Source: Vitrella brassicaformis CCMP3155 (Eukaryota > Protista > Chromerida). Taken from it: a stretch of 64,000 nt of DNA. The stretch lies in contig CDMY01000938.1 in NCBI GenBank assembly GCA_001179505.1, forward strand, positions 124,001 to 188,000. The letters are read 5' to 3'. The translations under genes were made by a program, and so were the position numbers. This document shows positions 61,001 through 64,000 of this stretch, in pieces; positions within the stretch are counted from its first letter, which is position 1, and each line of letters starts with the position of its first letter. The notes beneath the pieces were generated by a model, which made no database searches, was not told the origin of the DNA, and saw only the letters and a program-made list of their open reading frames with translations.

Positions 61001-64000
61001 TCAGTTTGAGGCCATCCGGGTGGCCTTTGGGGACGATCGGGTGGCGTGGTACAACGTGGCCAGAGTTAGGTACAACCCTATACCGAAGGACACGTACTAT
61101 CGTGTGGGTTGGCACATGACGGAAGGGGTGCAGCCGTGCCCGACGGGCCACTACTGCCCTGGCGATGTGATCAGCGCACTGCCGCAGGAGATCGCCGCGA
61201 CGCACAGCGTGCCATGCCCACCTGGCACCTACCACATCGAATTCGTCAACGGGACGATCGTGTGCTCGCCATGTCCGCAGGGGACATACTGCCCCTTGCC
61301 TGCCGAAGGCATGCCTCATAAGTATGTCCATCCATCCATCCATCTATCTACTTTCAGACGGCACACTGCAGTCAAATATGTCTCTCTCTCCGTTTCCTTT
61401 TGGGTGAGCAGGTGTCCTGGTGGCTATGTGTGCGACGGCACCGGGGGCCTTGACGCTCTATTGCCTCTCTGTCCGGCCGGCAAGCTCTGCTACCGGGAGA
61501 TTGCGACAATCGGGGAGGAGATCACCACCCTTACCCCACCCCAATACAGGCGGCTTTCGGATGAGATGCCTCTGGAGAGTGAGGACAATTCCTATTTTGA
61601 CGACATTGACGCAGAAACGCGAGACCTTGCGAGTGGGCTGCCCCTCATCAGCCTCTTGGTCTCGAACGTGTCGGATTGCCCTGCCGGATGGTAATTAGCA
61701 AATGGGATTCCTTCGTCACACGCATATGCCTCTCCCTCTTGGCGGTGTGGCTGTGTGCGTGTGTAGGTACTGCCCGGCGGGATCGACCATTGACCAGGTA
61801 AGGCAGCTAGCTCCACATGGCAAGACAGAAGGCCGTGTCATGTCTCTGTCTCTCAGTATGATTACACGTGGGAGCCGACCGGTCCGTCCCCAATGACCAA
61901 GTGTGCCATCCCGGGCATCGTTTGCCCCGAGGGAACGAGCATCCCATGGGGAACCGATGTCAAAGTACGCCGGACGTCAATCGTCACCTGTAGGCTCTTC
62001 CACCCCCGCTGTCTTGGCATTGTAGGTGCCGGCGGGTTACTACATCTCGCCTGAGCACGACGAGACTATCGAATGTCCGCCAGGATTTGCATGCCCCGAA
62101 TATGGCTCGAATCCTCTTGCATGCCCTCCTGGCCAGTACCAACTCTCGCAGGTCCGTCGCAAAATGATGACGGCCGTGTCTCTCTGAGTTACTCTTGGGT
62201 ACCTTCCGCACACGCAGGGTGCTGCCGAGTGTGCCACATGCACAGCAGGGACCATGTGTTCGGACTACGGCGGATCGCATCCCGAGATGTGCCCCCAGGG
62301 GTTTGTGTGCGCCCTCCCCGGCCGTCACGGCCCCACATACCTCTGTCCGGCAGGATCCTACTGTGACGAAGGCACGTTCACACTCAACAGCTGGGTGGGT
62401 CAAAGGACTCACAGACACATACGGGAAGCCACCAGCAGTGGCGTGGCGTTTCTGTGTGTCACCAGAGCAACGAGACGAATGCGCCCCAGGTGTGTCCGAG
62501 GGGCACCTACTGCCTGCCAGGCACAATCCCGTGCGACCTTGGCGTGTGGGGCGTCAACTGCCCCAAGAAATGCGTCGAAGGAAGCTTCTGTGGCACGGTC
62601 GGCACACCACAGGAACCGACGGATAAATCGCAGAAGAGCACTCTCTCTGTGTCTGTGTCTGTGTCTGTGCTTCAGAATACGACCAACCCAGGTGGTTCGT
62701 TCCTCTGTCCGCCTGGGTGGTACTGCCCCCGGGGCTCCTACCTGCCCCTCCCCGCCCCCCCTGGCTTCTTCGTCTCGGAGTGGGGCGCGCAGTATCCTGC
62801 CAAGTGCCCGCCAGGGAGCTACACCGACGAGTGGGCGTCGGTCAAGTGCCTCCTCTGTCCGGCTGGATTCGAATGCCCTCGTGACGGTATGTATGTCAAC
62901 AGCGTCAGTCAGGCTGAGTGTTGTGTTTTCTACATGTGTATGCCGTCCCCTGCAGAGACGTTTGAGCCATCCATGTGCGGCCCGGGATTGTTCCGTGCGC
63001 TGGGTGCGTCCATCTTCTGCGACCCCTGTCCGCAGGGCACCTGGTCCAACCTGACCGCCCTCAAGAGCGCAGAAGAGTGCAAGAAATGCGCAGCCAGATA
63101 CGCATGCACTATACTCGGTAGGCGGATGACGCAGCCAAAACGGCGATCCGATCGTCTAGAAATCTCTCTGTTGTAGGGATGATGGTGTTTGCGCCGATTG
63201 AGGACCAGGACTGCAGCGACAACATCTGCTACCAGTTGTCGCAGGGACTGGACTGCCCGGAGGGATACGCGTGTGACGTCGCCACCACCTACTACACTCA
63301 GTTCGACCTCGAGTGCGCCGCGGGATACGTCTGCGACTTCCGCACACACCCTGACGAAATGTATGACCTTCAGTGCCCTGCCGGTAGGTATGCCAAGGGA
63401 GAGAGACGCGACACAAAAGCAGGCAAGCGACCCGATGCCTGTCTCTCTGTCTGTGTGTCTCTCTGTTTTTATGTGTCAGGATACTACTGCCAGAAGGCCA
63501 CAGGGGAGTCAACAAAGTTTGCCTTCCCCTGTCCCCCCAACTTCTTTTGCCCCGAGGGCACGGCTGCCAAGCAGCTGGCCGACGCCGCCAATCGGCTGCT
63601 GTGGCTGGCCTACGCCACGCAGCAGCTGCGGCTGCTGCAGGTCGAGGAGGAGGACCGCTCTGCCGAGTTTGTGCTGTGGAACGTCAACGACTACCAGCAG
63701 GACTGGCAGCCTGACGACCCCGAGCTGTGCGACCTCTGCTGTCCCATGGGCACTTTGTCCAAACCGGGGTCGTCCAGCCCCGATGACTGCATTCAACAGA
63801 AACTGGTCAGTGGGAGGCCGGTTGGGAGAACAATGGACGAGAATGCCGTGTCTTTGTCCCTAATGCCCTGCTGGTCAGGTGATTCGTATAACGAATATCT
63901 ATGAGGACAGATACATACCTCTCGATGACCCAATCTGGAACGCCACGTAAACAAAACCAATGGATGCAGCCATCTCTCTCCGTACGACCATGTGTCTCGT
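37025..64000 (+). CDS. Giant secreted/cell-surface protein: signal peptide + LamG jellyroll + long IPT/TIG array + Cys-rich (GCC2_GCC3/ephrin-receptor-like) repeats; 3' end outside the window
   Basis: Exon 1 37025-37115 MLDSTWLRIQRLLSFMTVLMAVCCSTQVDA; in-frame splices checked at 37116-37198, 41874-41932, 54087-54147, 55146-55211, 58234-58300; exon 41933-54086 = 12,154 nt; last visible exon VIRITNIYEDRYIPLDDPIWNAT followed by a GT donor, no stop. Roughly 8,000 aa in the window by estimate. Confidence 0.9.
37520..38150 (+). other. LamG/concanavalin A-like (Laminin_G_3, pentraxin-like) domain of the giant protein
   Basis: QWTHIAASVSLAANRISIFTNG...LLIGA...GYRGEMDEIAVWSRVLTADEI...LLMFLALDEGGGNVARD, the typical WxHV/FxGxIDEVRIWxRALSxxEI pattern. 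Confidence 0.88.
38690..60250 (+). other. Array of roughly 30 IPT/TIG-like Ig-fold repeats (many divergent)
   Basis: Recurring (V/I)xPxxG...GG-T-VTITG-xF...C-F...(S)xxxxC-xP units, e.g. ISPAGGYGGELATITGRGF...CLFG...ITCRVP; SYPAEGPAMGGTLVTLTGENF; VVPSSVPTSGGITLTVTGEAF; VTPSTVLTSGGTTLVATGYNF; IDPQRGPYTGGTIVSIIGSDF. Count is by eye. Confidence 0.85.
61130..63800 (+). other. Cys-rich repeat region (CPxGxYC; GCC2_GCC3/ephrin-receptor-like)
   Basis: PCPTGHYCPG, CPPGTYH...CSPCPQGTYCP, CPGGYVC, CPAGWYCPAGS, CPPGFACP, CPQGFVC, CPAGSYC, CPPGWYCPRGS, CPPGSYTD...CLLCPAGFEC, CDPCPQGTWS, CPEGYAC, CPPNFFCPEGT. Confidence 0.9.

Noticed and set aside
1-64000. Prokaryotic operons, defence systems, rRNA or tRNA genes
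   Set aside because: All supported genes contain spliceosomal GT-AG introns; no rRNA or tRNA signature was recognised by eye (tRNAscan-SE/Infernal would be needed to exclude them).

Overview
Eukaryotic, GC-rich, intron-dense genomic DNA. The intron style and gene families suggest a chromerid alveolate such as Vitrella brassicaformis; this is an inference, not a database match. Most short ORFs in the supplied track are translations of intronic microsatellites or antisense shadows. After manual splicing, genes alternate in orientation across the window: a partial membrane-protein gene (+), SF3A1/Prp21 (-, with a 300-N gap in an intron), a putatively plastid-targeted orphan (+), a decayed protein kinase with internal triplication (-), a BTB-BTB-TLDc protein (+), a PcaD-like alpha/beta hydrolase (-), an RCC1-like-repeat plus chromodomain protein (+), an IAP-type RING protein (-), RBBP5/Swd1 (+), a ~6 kb mosaic of same-strand gene fragments including a split kinase and a retropepsin-like motif (-), and a giant secreted/surface protein gene (+, 37025 to beyond the window end; signal peptide, LamG, ~30 IPT/TIG-like repeats, Cys-rich repeats, roughly 8,000 aa so far, one 12,154-nt exon). 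The most striking non-coding pattern is intron architecture: many introns carry (AC)n/(GACA)n in their 5' half and complementary (GT)n/(TGTC)n next to the 3' splice site, often in place of a polypyrimidine tract. No rRNA, tRNA, CRISPR array or intact transposon could be supported.
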